A stretch of 64,000 nucleotides of DNA from Chrysomallon squamiferum (GCA_012295275.1 CM022679.1:13516001-13580000), one strand, 5' to 3'. Shown: positions 14,017 through 27,529, counted from the stretch's first letter. Notes: generated by a model from the letters alone, not told the origin. Made by a program: numbers and translations.

Positions 14017-14202
14017 CACAGATATACTTACACACATTTATTATTTTATGGCTGTAATAATAATGAGTCTTACCTTTTGTTGTCTGATTAACAAGGAAAT
14101 CTGAAACAAAAACAATAAAACCAAAAATAATCTGGTGAAATAAACACAGAGAAAAGTTGTATCTGTAACTTTGTGAAGATATGTGACGATTTATTTTGTT
14201 TT

Positions 14203-14241
<39 letters not shown>

Positions 14242-14668
14242 TTCATTTATTTGTCAAATAACAAGACACATAATAAAAATGTTACAGTAGTGTTATAAAC
14301 TATAGTATCATCTAGCCTAGAAAGACCTGCATTATAGAAACATTTTAAAACATACAAAACCAAAAATATTTCTTATCAGAACCTTTATAACTAATAAAAC
14401 ACAAACACATACTCATGCATAAATATTCAAACACACAGAGATACCAACACACAAAGACACTTACACAACACACCAACACACACATACACACACCTACCTA
14501 CCTACCTATACAGAAACGAGTACAATGTTTAGGGAAATCTAAATGTGTTGAGTTGCACTGATCACTGATGTCTTTGCAGTAATAGCACCTGTCATCTTCA
14601 GGTACACAGTACTGTTCTATCTCATCACATATATCGTGGCCACATCTAAATGTTTTTCCTGTTGTCAT
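11104..14668 (-). CDS. single-CRD TNF receptor-like protein (Grindelwald/TACI/BCMA-like), copy A, 277 aa, full cytoplasmic tail
   Basis: Five exons, all phase 1 with GT/AG boundaries: 14668-14506 (MTTGKTFRCGHDICDEIEQYCVPEDDRCYYCKDISDQCNSTHLDFPKHCTRFCI), 14100-14074 (DFLVNQTTK), 13448-13422 (DFLVKQNMK), 13073-12888 (TM ALFIACLIAAAAALLIAGVVFFL followed by KRRK), 11534-11104 (acidic tail with SCQE and PAEDKE). Uninterrupted 834-nt ORF. The start is uncertain because an in-frame acceptor at 14679 allows an upstream coding exon. Confidence 0.8.
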
Positions 14669-14778
14669 CTTGATTACGTCTGAAAATAAAACTATACTGT
14701 TATTATTTCTCTAAATTCCAGTTAAAGAGTATAGATGGTTATGCGAAAATAATTACATACATACATACATACATATAT

Positions 14779-14820
14779 AAAAAAAACAGCTGAAGATAAT
14801 TATCTTCAGCTGTTTTTTTT
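14779..14820. repeat. perfect 42-bp palindrome (A8-CAGCTGAAGATAA|TTATCTTCAGCTG-T8)
   Basis: Directly visible. It is centred at 14799/14800, just upstream of the copy A CRD exon. Confidence 0.85.
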
Positions 14821-15056
14821 TTTGGGAGGTGGTATTTTTATTTATTTATTATTTATTTAGTGTTGTCACACAAACTGTAGCTATCAGTACATCATGTATG
14901 CATCGATGTCATGGCTGCAGTGACGAATGGAAAAATGGCGGCGACTTTGTTATGAAGGACGGTACGCCAGTCAAAACAGTAACATAAATATAAATAATTT
15001 TATCATATCATTTAGCAGGCCACAGGTAAGCGCTTTAAGTGGTTACAAGTAAATCA

Positions 15057-15627
15057 GGTTTAACCTCACTGTGCCCGCAGTCTGTAGAAATTAGTAAGGG
15101 ATAAGTCGGGGGTCTTGGCCTTCCTACAAAACACTGCAGAGCTGTCTGGTCCCCGGCTGAATGCTTATATCTCTGTAGTCAGTGTTACTAAAGTGAACAC
15201 TTACTCAGAATGCAACTTGTTTTCAGGTTTGCGGACTACGTCACCGAGCAGTGGATTCAATCTCCCGACACAAAAGTCAGGAACCATTTCGAAACAAATG
15301 TGCCAGTAGTACGAATCGCTTCGAGAGATGACATTCAAAACTGAAGATGATATGCAGCAGTTATCCCAACAATTTTGAATTCATAAATATGATTAAGAGA
15401 GAGGACAGGCCTTTGTTGAAGCTACAGTTTTACAGTTTCGATCTGGTGGAAGGTTGGCAACTTGACTTTGACAGACATCTACAGCAAAGGCTCCTCTAGA
15501 CAGGACAGAAATCTGCAACAGAATATGCTGATTCCATCTCCCGTTTTGTTGGACTGTAAAATGTTAGTTCATTGTTGATCTTTTGGGAAATTAACTTTAC
15601 TAAAGTGTAATCCCCTACTGTGACCCC
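15057..15627 (+). mobile_element. degenerate, internally deleted Mutator-like (MULE) DNA transposon with a transposase C-terminal fragment (15228-15559)
   Basis: The + strand reads FADYVTEQWIQSPDTKV.NHFETN / STNRFE.*HSKLKMICSSYPNNFEFINMIKRE / QAFVEATVLQFRSGG / LQQRLL*TGQKSATEYADSISRFVGL*, with stops and frameshifts. This resembles the MULE C-terminal signature F.DY....W...WNHF...RTNN..EGWH..L....HPNIF.FI..LK.EQ. The left TIR is GGTTTAACCTCACTGTGCCCG. The right TIR is truncated here but complete in the shorter copies. Confidence 0.75.
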
Positions 15628-15756
15628 GTGTGTCATTTTTATGAGAAACAGTAGTAAACTATTAAAGATCAAAATAAGCGATTAATTAATTTATTTAACA
15701 TATTCGGTATAATTTATATTTGTAAAACATTGTTTTTATTTATTTATTTATTTATT

Positions 15757-15802
<46 letters not shown>

Positions 15803-16063
15803 TTTCTTTACGAAATGTAAAAAAATTTATTTTGCCGTGTCATCATTTACCCTAGTTATCCTCACAACGTTCATATTTCATATATAGATTATGCAGACAG
15901 TATGCAGGTAATTAATTCTACACAATATTTTTAATAATTTACAGGTGACACTCGATTTCACAGAGCAATAGAGTTAACACAAGTCCGGAAAATACAAAAG
16001 TCTGGGAAATAAATATTAACCCTCAAATTTACCAATACATTAAAGTTTAGTAATTTTACCTAC

Positions 16064-17430
16064 CTGGATGATTTTCTTTCCTGTAATTATTTCCTTTAGT
16101 GTTCACTTTCGACTTAAAGAATCAGTTAAGCTGAAGAGTATTCCGAAGAATATTTGAATACACCCTCAACAGGATAACTTAAGAGTGTAACGTAGAGCCA
16201 AGGTTTATTCAGACAAAATAATCACGTGTCACGTAAGTGATATAAATAGTTCGGAATTTCCAAGTTAAAAATAAATCCATATCGGATTTAAAAATAATAT
16301 TTTTTTAACCTCACACAGACAAGGAAGAAAAAAAAGAAGCAATTTGACGGTTTGTTCAGATTTATCTGTCACGTAAGTGATATAAATAGTTCGCAATTTC
16401 CAAGTTAAAAATAAATCCATATCGGATTTAAAAATAATATTTTTTTAACCTCACACAGACAAGGAAAAAAAAAAAGCTATTTGACGGTTTGTTCAGATTT
16501 ATCTGTCACGTAAGTGATATAAATAGTTTGGAATTTCCAAGTTAAAAATAAATTCATATCGGATTTAAAAATTACACACACACACACACACATGAAAAAA
16601 AAAAAAAAGGCAATTTGACTTACTTGGATGTGTACTTATTTGCTTTTCTGTAATTATTTCTTTTAGAGTTCACTTTCGACTCAAAGAATCAGTTAAACTG
16701 AAGAGTATTCCGAAGAATATTTGAATACACCCGCAACAGGATAACTTAAGAGTATACGTAGAGCCAAGATTTCGTGACAGAAATTACGGCTTGTTTAGAT
16801 TTATCTGTCACGTAAGAGAGATAAATAGATCGGAATTTCCAAGTTAAAAATCAATCGATACCGGAAATTATAAATTAAAACAAAATAAAAATGTTTAATA
16901 AATGTTAATTATTATTATTATTATTATTATTATTAAGCTACATTTTATTTATTTATTTACTTACATTATACTTTTTAAATTATATATAATAAGTACTTCA
17001 ACTTAACCAAAAAGTACATAGAATAAAGATATTACGAACTATTAAAAAACCTTTTTTCTCTTTCCTTTTAATTCCTTCGTTAAGTATAAAATAATGGCAA
17101 AGAAATACTATTTTGTAAGATATTCAGTACATGAGCGTAAGTTAACAAATGATGGTTTTAGGCGAAAAGTGTTAAATTAAAACAAAATATAAATAAATAG
17201 ATAAATAAATGAAATATTGCAAAAATAACAATAATAGTAACTTTCCTGTCATTAATTCGTTTAGTGTTTACTTTCGATTCAGATAAGCAGTTAAGCTGAA
17301 GAGTATTCCGAGGAATATTTGAATACACCCTCAACAGGATAACTTAAGAGTGTATACGTAGAGCCAAGATTTATTCAGACAAAATAATCACGTGTCACGT
17401 AAGTGATATAAATAGTTCGGAATTTCCAAG
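16064..17430 (-). promoter_or_regulatory. putative promoter / non-coding first exon region of receptor copy A, with ~138-bp tandem repeats and NF-kB, STAT and IRF-like motifs
   Basis: Donor CCAG|gtaggt at 16064. GGAATTTCC at 16253, 16530, 16832 and 17419. TTC-N4-GAA at 16141, ~16708 and ~17306. GAAAGTGAAC on the minus strand at ~16101-16111 and ~16668. CACGTG E-boxes. Motif evidence only. Confidence 0.4.
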
Positions 17431-19364
17431 TCAAAAATAACTCTATATATATATAATATAAGTACTTCAAGATAATCACAAAGTACATAAAATAAAGACG
17501 TTATGAACCATTCAAAAAGCATTTTATTTTATTTTTATTTGTATTTATTTATTTATTTACCGTCTCTCACTGATTATAAAATACTGGCATAGAGATATTA
17601 TTTTGTAAGATATTCTGTGCATGATCATAAGTTAACAAATTATGATTTTAGGTGAAAATTGGTAATGTAAATAAATAAAATATTGCAATAATAACAGTAA
17701 TAATAATAAACATCTAAACAAATTTACAAAAAGTTACATAAAAAATAATAAATAAATAAATAAATAAACAAGAAAGAAAGAAAGAATGAAAGAGAAAGAA
17801 AAGAAAATCCAGTCATTGCGTCTGCAAATATAAATAACATTGATTACATATATCTACATTTTCATATGATTTAAAATAAAAAAATAAATAAATAAAAATA
17901 AAATAAAATAAAATAAAATAAAAATAAAAATGTAGACTACGTTGGGTATAGTTATGGGTGAATTGTAAAATGTATTGTTAGCTTGATGGAAATTGGATTG
18001 AGAGAGGACTGCCGCCTTCGTATAGTTGAACACAGAATAAGCTAATAGTACGTAGAGGCAAGGTTTCAAGCGGAAAATGACGTGTGTTCAGCTTTATTCA
18101 GACAAAATAATCACGTGTCGCGTTAATCACAAAGTACATAAAATAAAGACATTACGAAACATTACGAACCATTAATACATTTTTTGCTTTAATTATAAAA
18201 TAATGGCATATAGATATTACTTTGTAAGATATTCAGTACATCAGCATAAGTTAACAAATGATGGTTTATGTCAAAATAGTAAATTAAAAATATTATGAAA
18301 TATAAAATATTGCAATAATAACAATAATAATAATAGACATCTAAAAACATTACAAAAAGTTACAATATAAATAAGAAAAAATAAGAAAGAAAGAAAGAAA
18401 GTTAAAAGGAAAAGAAAGCCAGTCATTGCATCTGCAAATAGAGCTACGGGACAGATAACATTGATTACATATGATTACATATTTTCATATGGTTCAAAAT
18501 AAAAAATAAAAAAAAAAAAATAAAAAAAAAATAATAAAATGATTCAAAATAAAATAGAAATATGTTTATAAAACATAATATAACAATCTGTCCTATACCG
18601 CTCAATTTTCGGATATAAATTTTGGTTTTCCATTTCTGTTTTTAAAGTAGAGACTGGATAAGAAATTAGAGGAGGAAAATAATTATGTCGTTAACAAACT
18701 TATGGGAGGGTTGAGAGATTACATTATCACCGATTTTCCTGTATAACATGCAATATTGCTTTTTCATACACAGATAGTTAGATAGTTAGATAGATAGAAA
18801 GATAGATAGCCACATAGACAGAGAGATAGATAGATTTGAATTATTTGCTCACAATTCTCAGCTTTTGTTGATGAAGTTCATTACTACTGTTGCTACTACT
18901 ACTACTACAACTACCACAACCACTATTATTACTGATGCTACTGCCATCATCACTTCCATTATTTATGTTTTACTTTAAATATTATTCCTCTTATTCTTCT
19001 GTTGTTGTTGTTTTGTTTTGTTTTGTCTTTTTAATTTATTAATTAATGATTTCCTTTACATGTAGTTTATAGAAATTATAATCTTTCTTTGGTGATTAGA
19101 AAAATGTAGTATAAATATATTCTTTATACTTCCAAGTTACGTTTTTGCAGTCCAGTGTTAATTTGTAATGAGTTATATCAACAAAAGAAAAAAAACTACT
19201 ATTAGTCCGCCATATATTATTATTATTATTATTATTATTATTGTTAAACTTTGGTATGAAAGACCGTTCGCCTATCAAAACATTAATATAAGTATAAAGA
19301 ATTTTATCACACCCTTTATCAGACCCACAGGTAAGCTTTAATAATTAACACTTGTGTTGTTACA

Positions 19365-19598
19365 GGTTTAACCTCACTGTGCCCGCAGTCTGACATACGC
19401 CTACAGCAAATGTTCCTCTTGACATGGCAGTAATCTGCAACAGAATATGCTGATTTCATCTCCCATTTTGTAAGAGTGTAAAATGTTAATCCATTGTTGG
19501 TCTTTTGGAAAATAAACTATACTGTAATCCACTACTGTTTTATCATTGACTGCTTAAGTAATATATAACAATAGGTTCGGGCACAGTGAGGTGACCCC
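19365..19598 (+). mobile_element. ~234-bp MULE-derived MITE with 21-bp imperfect TIRs; further copies at 31037-31274, 33761-33978, 38994-39237, 44499-44731, 46278-46495, 49847-50090, split at 42569/43518, and inverted at 60575-60810
   Basis: Ends are GGTTTAACCTCACTGTGCCCG and CGGGCACAGTGAGGTGACCCC. The interior matches the transposase 3' end at 15480-15620. The copies share flanks, so they spread by segmental duplication. No TSD was recognised. Confidence 0.7.
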
Positions 19599-20041
19599 AT
19601 ACGTCATTGTACGAAATAAGAGATTACAAAGAAACAATACACTATTAAAGATCAAGATAAACGACCAATTTATTTATTTAATATAGTTAGTACTATTTAT
19701 ATTTATAAAACATTTTAAAATTATTATTTTATTATTGTTTATTTATTTATTTATTTATTTATTTTATTTTATTTTGTTTTATTTTATTTTATATTATCAA
19801 TATTATTTATTTATTTTTATTACTTTTAAATATTTTTTTTTAAATTTCTTTCGAAAATATAGAAAATGTCACAAATATTAAGACTTGACTTTTAACTTTA
19901 TATATATATATATATATATGAAATAATAATAAAATTTAAAAACAACTATAATTATCTGCATATATTTATAAAACATTCACAAAAACAATAAATAAATATG
20001 TATGTATGTATGTATGTATATAAAACATTAAACATCTTAGA

Positions 20042-20830
20042 TGTTACATTAAGGGTAACAAGATGCTTTAATGGCCACCTAACGAGGAATTTAAACGCTA
20101 AATTGACAGCAGTCTGTATAAATCAATAAGTCTATTTATCCACAAGAGAAATAAACACAACACAAGTTAAGATACAAGTTAATTATTTAATTATAATCTA
20201 GAGGTGACTTGATAATAATACTCTATATAATCAATACAACATATATTTAAGTAATTTTGTTTAATAACACGAGTAAGGCCATACGGGGAACAAAGATAAA
20301 ATAAGAATCTACACGGAGGACAGATTAAACAATTAAAATTTTAGGTATAATAAATTTTGTTGACACAGGTTAAATGCACATTACACCCTACCAAAATAAG
20401 AATAGACAAATGCTTACCATAGTCGTCCGTAAAGACAATGTAATTTCAGAAACATTGGTTTCCCCGCCTGACTGTGCTCTCGTGTTGGCCTTTTCCTTCT
20501 CTGCTTAATTACAGACTGAACAAAAATTAACGTGCTAATCAGTGCAGGCTGTTGTGAAGCAGTCCACGACAGCCCCTCTTTCTGACGGGCCAGAGGGCCT
20601 GTGTGTCGCAGAAAAGAGTTTGGGGAAGGAAAGAGAAAGGACAAAAGAGAGAGTCGAGCAGATGGAATCGTAACGAACTCGTTATTGTTGTTTTCGTTCA
20701 GTTTGTTCTTTTCATAACCAGATTCGTGACGGTCAGGTCCTATTTGCTGTTCAGCTCTTGGGCGCTCTTGATATTTTCATCTCCTTGCTGGCTGTTTCTT
20801 TATCATCCAGCATATCCCAGATTTCTTTAA
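20042..20830 (-). mobile_element. putative solo-LTR-like insertion, truncated copy
   Basis: Higher-complexity block present in array units 2 and 3 but absent from unit 1. It is near-identical to 50588-51411. Confidence 0.35.
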
Positions 20831-23223
20831 CTTTTTTATTATTATTATTTTTAACTTATTCATTTATTTTGATTAGTTTAATCAACTAGTCAATTAATTC
20901 GTAAATCAGCAGATCCATCAGCTGCTCAACCAGTCAATCTGTAAGTGAATTAATTTGTTTATTTATTGTTATGGTTTTGTATAAGGTGTGTTTGCCTATT
21001 TGATTGATTTTTTTAATAGTGCGTAATGCCTCATAATCCATGACAGTGAAATAAGGACAAGTAATCTGTTCACTGAACATTAAATTTGTCTCGTCGGTAC
21101 TGACCCCATTGAAAAGTGAAATAAAATTAAATAAAATGTTAAGCGAACTTTGATATCTTTATCATGCTTAAAGTCTAGGAGTGAAAGGGTTAAGAGCTAA
21201 ACGCTACCGTACACATTGTGCAACAACAACAACAAATACTAATAATAACAACAATAACAATAACAAAAGGAACAATAACAAGCAATAATAACAAATAATA
21301 AAGCTATTCAAACTTTATTTATTATAATTAAAAAAACATAAAGCTAACAAAGTAAAGGAAACACGAATAGTATCACAGTTCTATAACAATTATTACAACA
21401 ATAACAACAGCAATACAAAACATGAACTATATCACAAAAGAAGAATTAAATATCTCAAGTTTTTGATCTTTTCGTGTACTTTAGCAGTCAAACAGTCCAA
21501 GATACATACCACCCACCTGTCCAGACTATCCCTGGAGTGCTACACTGTTTACACCTAGAGTATATTCTGGCTGCTCCCAGAGAACCAGTTTATAAAAAAG
21601 CTAAATATTCTGAAAGTTCAAGATCTTTTTACACTTCAAGAATTAAAATTATGTCACAAATTATAACACAGTATGGATCAGACATACATTTTATGAAAAC
21701 TTCCGAATATTTACTTGTATTATTTTTATTTGTTTTACTGAGCTTTTGACTCAGTGAAATGGATATGGTGATTTGGCAAATAAATGATCTAAACCATGTT
21801 CTTGTTTATTGATAAATGATCTAACAAAACCTATAATTATATCTAAACGCTTGTTACAACACTGAAGTGATCTGAGTCATTCTCAAGATCCTATGTGAAT
21901 TGTGTCTGGTCTAAACTGACTGTATCATGTCGTTCATATTGTTGTTTTTTGTTGTTGTTTTTTATCTTTCAGTATAATGGACAGTTAATGAATAACACAG
22001 GAACGTATAATCTGTAAGCCAAAATATTCACTGGAATATAAAGAGCTATTTTACACCATGCTCAAGGATAGTCTGGTGGTGATACAATCTGGTCTGTTTC
22101 ACTGGTATCTGATGATATCATAATACTAACTCTATTAAAATGGTGCCGGTGTAAAAGAATATTTGTTCCCCTGCAAACCTATATTTATTCCCCAGGTCAT
22201 ATAGAACATGAGTTTGTTTATTCTCACCGTCATAATCACTTGTGTGGTTTAAAATGAAGGGTCTCATCAGTTGTTTTACTTCATATTTCAGGTTTTTGTT
22301 GTTGTTTTTAGGTCCAGATGTTTTGACAAAAGTTGTGTTCTTGTAGCACATTAATTTAAAAGACTGAGGCACAAAATGCAACATGTTTCTAAAAGAGATC
22401 ATTCATAGGGTTGCAGTAAGATTATCGATAATAAAAAACAAATTATCAATGATAAATGGATTTAGGGATGAATCTTTTCACCTTCATTTTAAAAAAGGGA
22501 TTAACTTGGGAGTAGTGATCAGACAAATGTATCCCCCAGTTATTTTTTCATCTATGATTTTAAATAAGCTTCTAAGAATCTCTAATTTGAATTTGTGTTT
22601 AATCAGTTTCAATACACAAACACTGCATACAGTAATTACTACAAATAAAATCCAGAACTACATCTGAAAAAAATCCAGAAAAGTTCTTAGGGGAAATGAT
22701 CAAATATTCTCTGACACCAGCATTCAAAATTATGTGAAAAGAGTTGTGAAAAAAAAAGGGCTAGGAATTACTCCTTTACTTCACATTTGTTTCTGGCTTT
22801 CATTTCATATATACCAAAAACTACCTGACATAATAACATGCATTTCAAAAATACAATCTTATTGAGATCCAAATGAGATTTCTTCGCGTTTGGAATGAAG
22901 TGAGACGTTAGACATAATCACTACTGAAGCTGACATTACACATCAATAAAACCTCAAAACAAAATATTAATATATCTATAATAATTACACATATACATAG
23001 AAAATACGATTTCTCCCCATGTTTTTGGAATGAATTCATGTACACTCTTACAGTGAACCCTCGACATAATTAGTACTGAAGCACACATTATATACTGATA
23101 AGCCAAACACTTCAAAACAAAATATTAATATATAATAATAATACACATACCACAAACAAAACTGATATGTCTACAATAATCAAATATGTTAATACTAAGT
23201 TAATTCTACTGTTGTTCTATCAG

Positions 23224-23340
23224 CTTGCAGTGATGGTTATGGACACTGTACTGAAGTAGGAAAAACAATCAAGAAAGGATGTATGGAACTGAAGTGTATC
23301 AGGGAAATTTCTAAATGTGGCCTTGTTCCATTTAAAGGAG
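23224..23340 (+). other. second copy of the orphan Cys-module exon
   Basis: cag|CT TGC AGT GAT...GGA G|gtgggt. Translates CSDGYGHCTEVGKTIKKGCMELKCIREISKCGLVPFKG with the frame intact. Confidence 0.5.
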
Positions 23341-24408
23341 GTGGGTATTTCTATTTATATAACTATTCTATATCAAATGGTGATATCATCTACCTGATTA
23401 AGTTTCTTTATATTTTGACTTTTGCAAATATTATTCATCTGGCATGTGTTGGGTTTTTTTGTGTTTTTTTGTGTTTTTTTTTTTTTTTTTGCCATAATGA
23501 AATAAATAAAATAAAATAAAATATATAAAATGGTTTGACTTTTGCAAATATTATTCATCTAGGATATACTTTTTTTTTCTTTTTTTTTTCTTTTACAATA
23601 ATCTATCCTGTACAATAATCTATTAGAATAAGTAAGCAATCTGAAATAAAAACATAATACCGAAGCAAACGTATATCAACATAAAATAAAGTTAAATTAA
23701 AGTAAAATAAATTTATAAAATAGAATAAAATAAAATAAAAATAAATATAAAATAAAATTAAAATAAATTAAAAAAAATTAAAATTAAATTAAAATTAAAA
23801 AAATAAAATAAATATTTAAACAAATTGAAATAATATAAAATTAAATTAAATTAACAATTAAATTATTAAATAAATAAAATTAAATAAAATTAAATAATAT
23901 AAATAGATAGATAATAAATTAACTTAATAAAATGAAATGAAATAAATATAAAACAGAATAAATAAAATAAATTAAAAAATTAAATTAAATTAAATTAATA
24001 ATTAATAGAATAAATAAAATAAAATAAAATAAATATATAAACAATTGAAATAAAATAAAATAAAATTATTAAATAAATAAAAATAAAATAAATAAATAAA
24101 ATAATAAATAAATAAATAAATAAAATAAATAAATTAAATTAATAAAAAATAAAATGAAATGAAATAAATATGAAACAGAATAAATAAACTAAATGAAAAA
24201 ATTAAACTAAATTAAATAAATTAATAAATAATATAAATAAAATAAATATATAAACATTTGAAATAAATAAAAACAAAATTATTAAATAAATAAAAATAAA
24301 ATAAATAAATAAAATAAATAAATAAATAAATAAATAAAAATAAAAAAATATCTAAACAAGCTGAAGTAAAATTGAATAAAAATTTCCTTTTTTTTTCATT
24401 TTACAAAT

Positions 24409-24571
24409 TTCATTAGCCCTTCTTTATCTTCGATTGGAATCATTATTTTGGGATAAATCCATTTGGAATCCTGTGTATGGCAATCACTGTATCATTATCT
24501 TCAACAGTAATGGTCTCATCAGCATTGTATCTTTCACTATTTCTCCAATTCTGTCCAGAAGGCTCATCTTG

Positions 24572-24641
<70 letters not shown>

Positions 24642-24929
24642 CAACAACTACAATAACAACAACACAACAACAACAATAGCAATAAATACAATAATAAAAA
24701 GAAAATGAAATAAACATTGTTAAAAATATAAAAATATATTACACAGAAATTAGTTTCATTGTACAACTCATACATATCACATTTCATGTACACATTTTAC
24801 AAGGCTGTAATGGTGTTCTCATAATTAATCTAAAATACATGTAATAGAATACGTCAGAAATTGTTATAAACTGAACAAAAATGAATATTTTACAGCAACA
24901 ACACACGTTCTGGAACACAATCTTGCTCT
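24409..24929 (-). pseudogene. disrupted cytoplasmic-tail exon of receptor copy B
   Basis: The acceptor plus ~29 nt (SKIVFQNVC, 24929-24901) is separated by duplicated intron sequence and an (ATT)n tract from QDEPSGQNWRNSERYNADETITVEDNDTVIAIHRIPNGFIPK*, and then, frameshifted, IPIEDKEG. These pieces are homologous to the copy A tail. Confidence 0.7.
24573..24637. repeat. (AAT)n microsatellite
   Basis: Directly visible. Confidence 0.95.
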
Positions 24930-25604
24930 CTAGAAAAATTAAAACTGAATATACTCATATCTTTTATTAGTCACTTAATATAACTCCATGAGAGAGAAAA
25001 AAAATAAAAAATAGAAAATAAGAAAATGAAATAAACGTTAAAAATATAAAAATATACTACTAAGAAATTACTGTTTCATTGTACAACTTATATCAATCAC
25101 ATTTCATGTACAAATTTTAGATGTCAGAAATTGTTATGAACTGAACACAAATTAATATTTTACAGCAGCGACACAGCAAGACATTAAAGAAAATATTTTA
25201 CACAAATTAATTTTTTTTTGTTCAAATTAACCTTAATATAGGCCTCTACTTTGACAATAACACATTCAGTGTATCTCCTAATTTATAGTTGTTGTTTTTT
25301 GTGTGTTTTAAAAAAAAACTTAACTTTGATAATGATAAAGTATGACAGAAAAAATGTACTATCACGAAACTGGATGAGCATTGTAATTTTCCCCCTTTAG
25401 TTGCATCAATAATGAAGACATCATTTGGCTTGACGAGGAGGACTGATTTATCATAAGTTGTCAGAAAAAGATTTGGCTATATCGAAATTAACATAGACTG
25501 ATACTTCAAAGACTTTTTGTACGAACAAGACCAATATGATTCAATAATTTTTATTTCCTGCGTTTATGTAGGTAGTTAGGTGTGTGTGTATATATATGTG
25601 TATA

Positions 25605-25662
<58 letters not shown>

Positions 25663-25992
25663 AGAGTGAGTAAGTCAATGAATGGGTTAGTTTGTGATGC
25701 ATGCATGAGTGAGTGAGTGAAAAAATTAACAAGGAAGGAAATATCGGAATTTGTATGTTATTTATTATTAACAAAAAGAGCTTAGAAGAAACAAATAAAA
25801 TATTGAAAGAATACTCAGTGCATTTCGACCATTGACTGGCACGTAACAACAAATTTATGTATTTTGACAGAACTGAAAATTAATCTGAATTGAAACATAT
25901 GCAGTGTTGTGTGTTTGTGTGTGTGTAAGCGTTTTCTCAGACTTTGATAACTGAAAAAATAGATCTATAACTCACCTGCTTTTTTCGTTAGT

Positions 25993-27139
25993 TCAGTTTC
26001 TCCATTTTAGGAAAACCAGTACAGCTGCAGCTGATAATAATACTGCTGCTATTAGACATGCTATAGAAGATGATGTATAAAGGACCTCGTTATTCTCTGG
26101 AAGATCTGAAATACAATCAAAATAACTTTGTAACATCACCTTTAGAAAAAACTATAAATTTAGCCATTTTTATCAAGCAAACTCGACTGCTGCCTTAGTA
26201 CGTATGCATATACAAACATACACACATACATACATACAAACATACACACAAACACACACACATATTCACTGCCATAAAATATATACATACATTCATACAT
26301 AGACATCCACACACACACACATACATATATAAATAATCACAAAAACATACATACAAGCAGACATACATGCATACATAAACACTGCCGTAATACATACATA
26401 CATACATACATACATACATACACACGTACATACATACATACATACATACATACATACATACATACATACATACATACATACATACATACATACATACATA
26501 CATACATACATACATACATACATACATACATACATACATACATACATACATACATACATACATACATACATACATACATACATACATACATACATCCTCA
26601 TATTTACAGGGTTGTTGTATGGCCGAACGGTAACGTCGTCTCCATTCGGAGTGCGAGCGAATGGGTGCCATACGTTCGAGTCTCGTCAGCGGCATCTGAC
26701 GGGTTTGTGAGGTTGTGATTGAGCTTTATCCTGCTGTGCCATTGCGTTTCCGAATATTGTCTATGTGCAAAGTCTATTCAGACGTACACAGAATATTCAA
26801 AATCCTAAACTACAAACATACATAATACATACATACAAACATACATAATACATACAAATATACGTACGTACGTGTATACATATATACATACATACATACA
26901 TACACATACTCACAGATATGCACACACAAGCATTAATAATAATAAGCCTTACTTTCTGTTCTCTGATTGCCAAGGAAATCTGAAACAAAAGCAAGAAATA
27001 AATATAATCTAGTGAAATAAACACAGAGAAAAGTTGTTACGGTGTATAAAATGAGATCAAAAACACAAGAGTTGTAGCTGTAACTTTGTGAAGATCTGTG
27101 TATTTATTTATTTATTTGTTTATTTGATTGTTTGTCTGT

Positions 27140-27194
<55 letters not shown>

Positions 27195-27529
27195 TTTGTT
27201 AAATAACAAGACACATAATAAAAATGTTACAGTACTTTTATAAAATATAGTATCATTTAGCCTAGAAAGACCTGCTTTATAGAAACATTTTCAAACATAC
27301 AAATAGCAAAAATATTTCGTATTAGAAACCTTTATAACTAATAAACACACACACACACACACACACACGTACACACACACACTCATTCACAAATATATAG
27401 CCAAAGGACCAATGCACCCTATAATATACATTACATGATCAACTTTAAGTCAACTTGAATCCTTTGAGATTAACTTAGAAAATGTTTTTTTTAATGAAAA
27501 TATTCCTATGCCTGTGTTTTTTAATTCTT

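Noticed and set aside
15434-15553. TE-derived segment as a coding signal-peptide exon of copy A
   Set aside because: An in-frame weak donor exists (T|gtaaaa at 15434), but the core contains S, R and D, and the upstream exon at 16064 has no in-frame ATG. At most this is a 5'UTR exon.
20603-20830. 75-aa ORF with a hydrophobic stretch, duplicated at 51150-51377
   Set aside because: It has a non-ATG start and lies inside the LTR-like insertion. The similarity between copies reflects duplication.
26195-26695. 166-aa ORF and similar (CMYV)n, (HT)n, (CV)n, poly-I/N/L/Y ORFs across the window
   Set aside because: These are translations of (TACA)n, (CA)n and (AAT)n microsatellites, not genes.
26611-26695. 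Possible tRNA gene
   Set aside because: A and B boxes are present, but I could not fold a convincing cloverleaf and it continues into a body and simple-repeat tail, so it is called a SINE.
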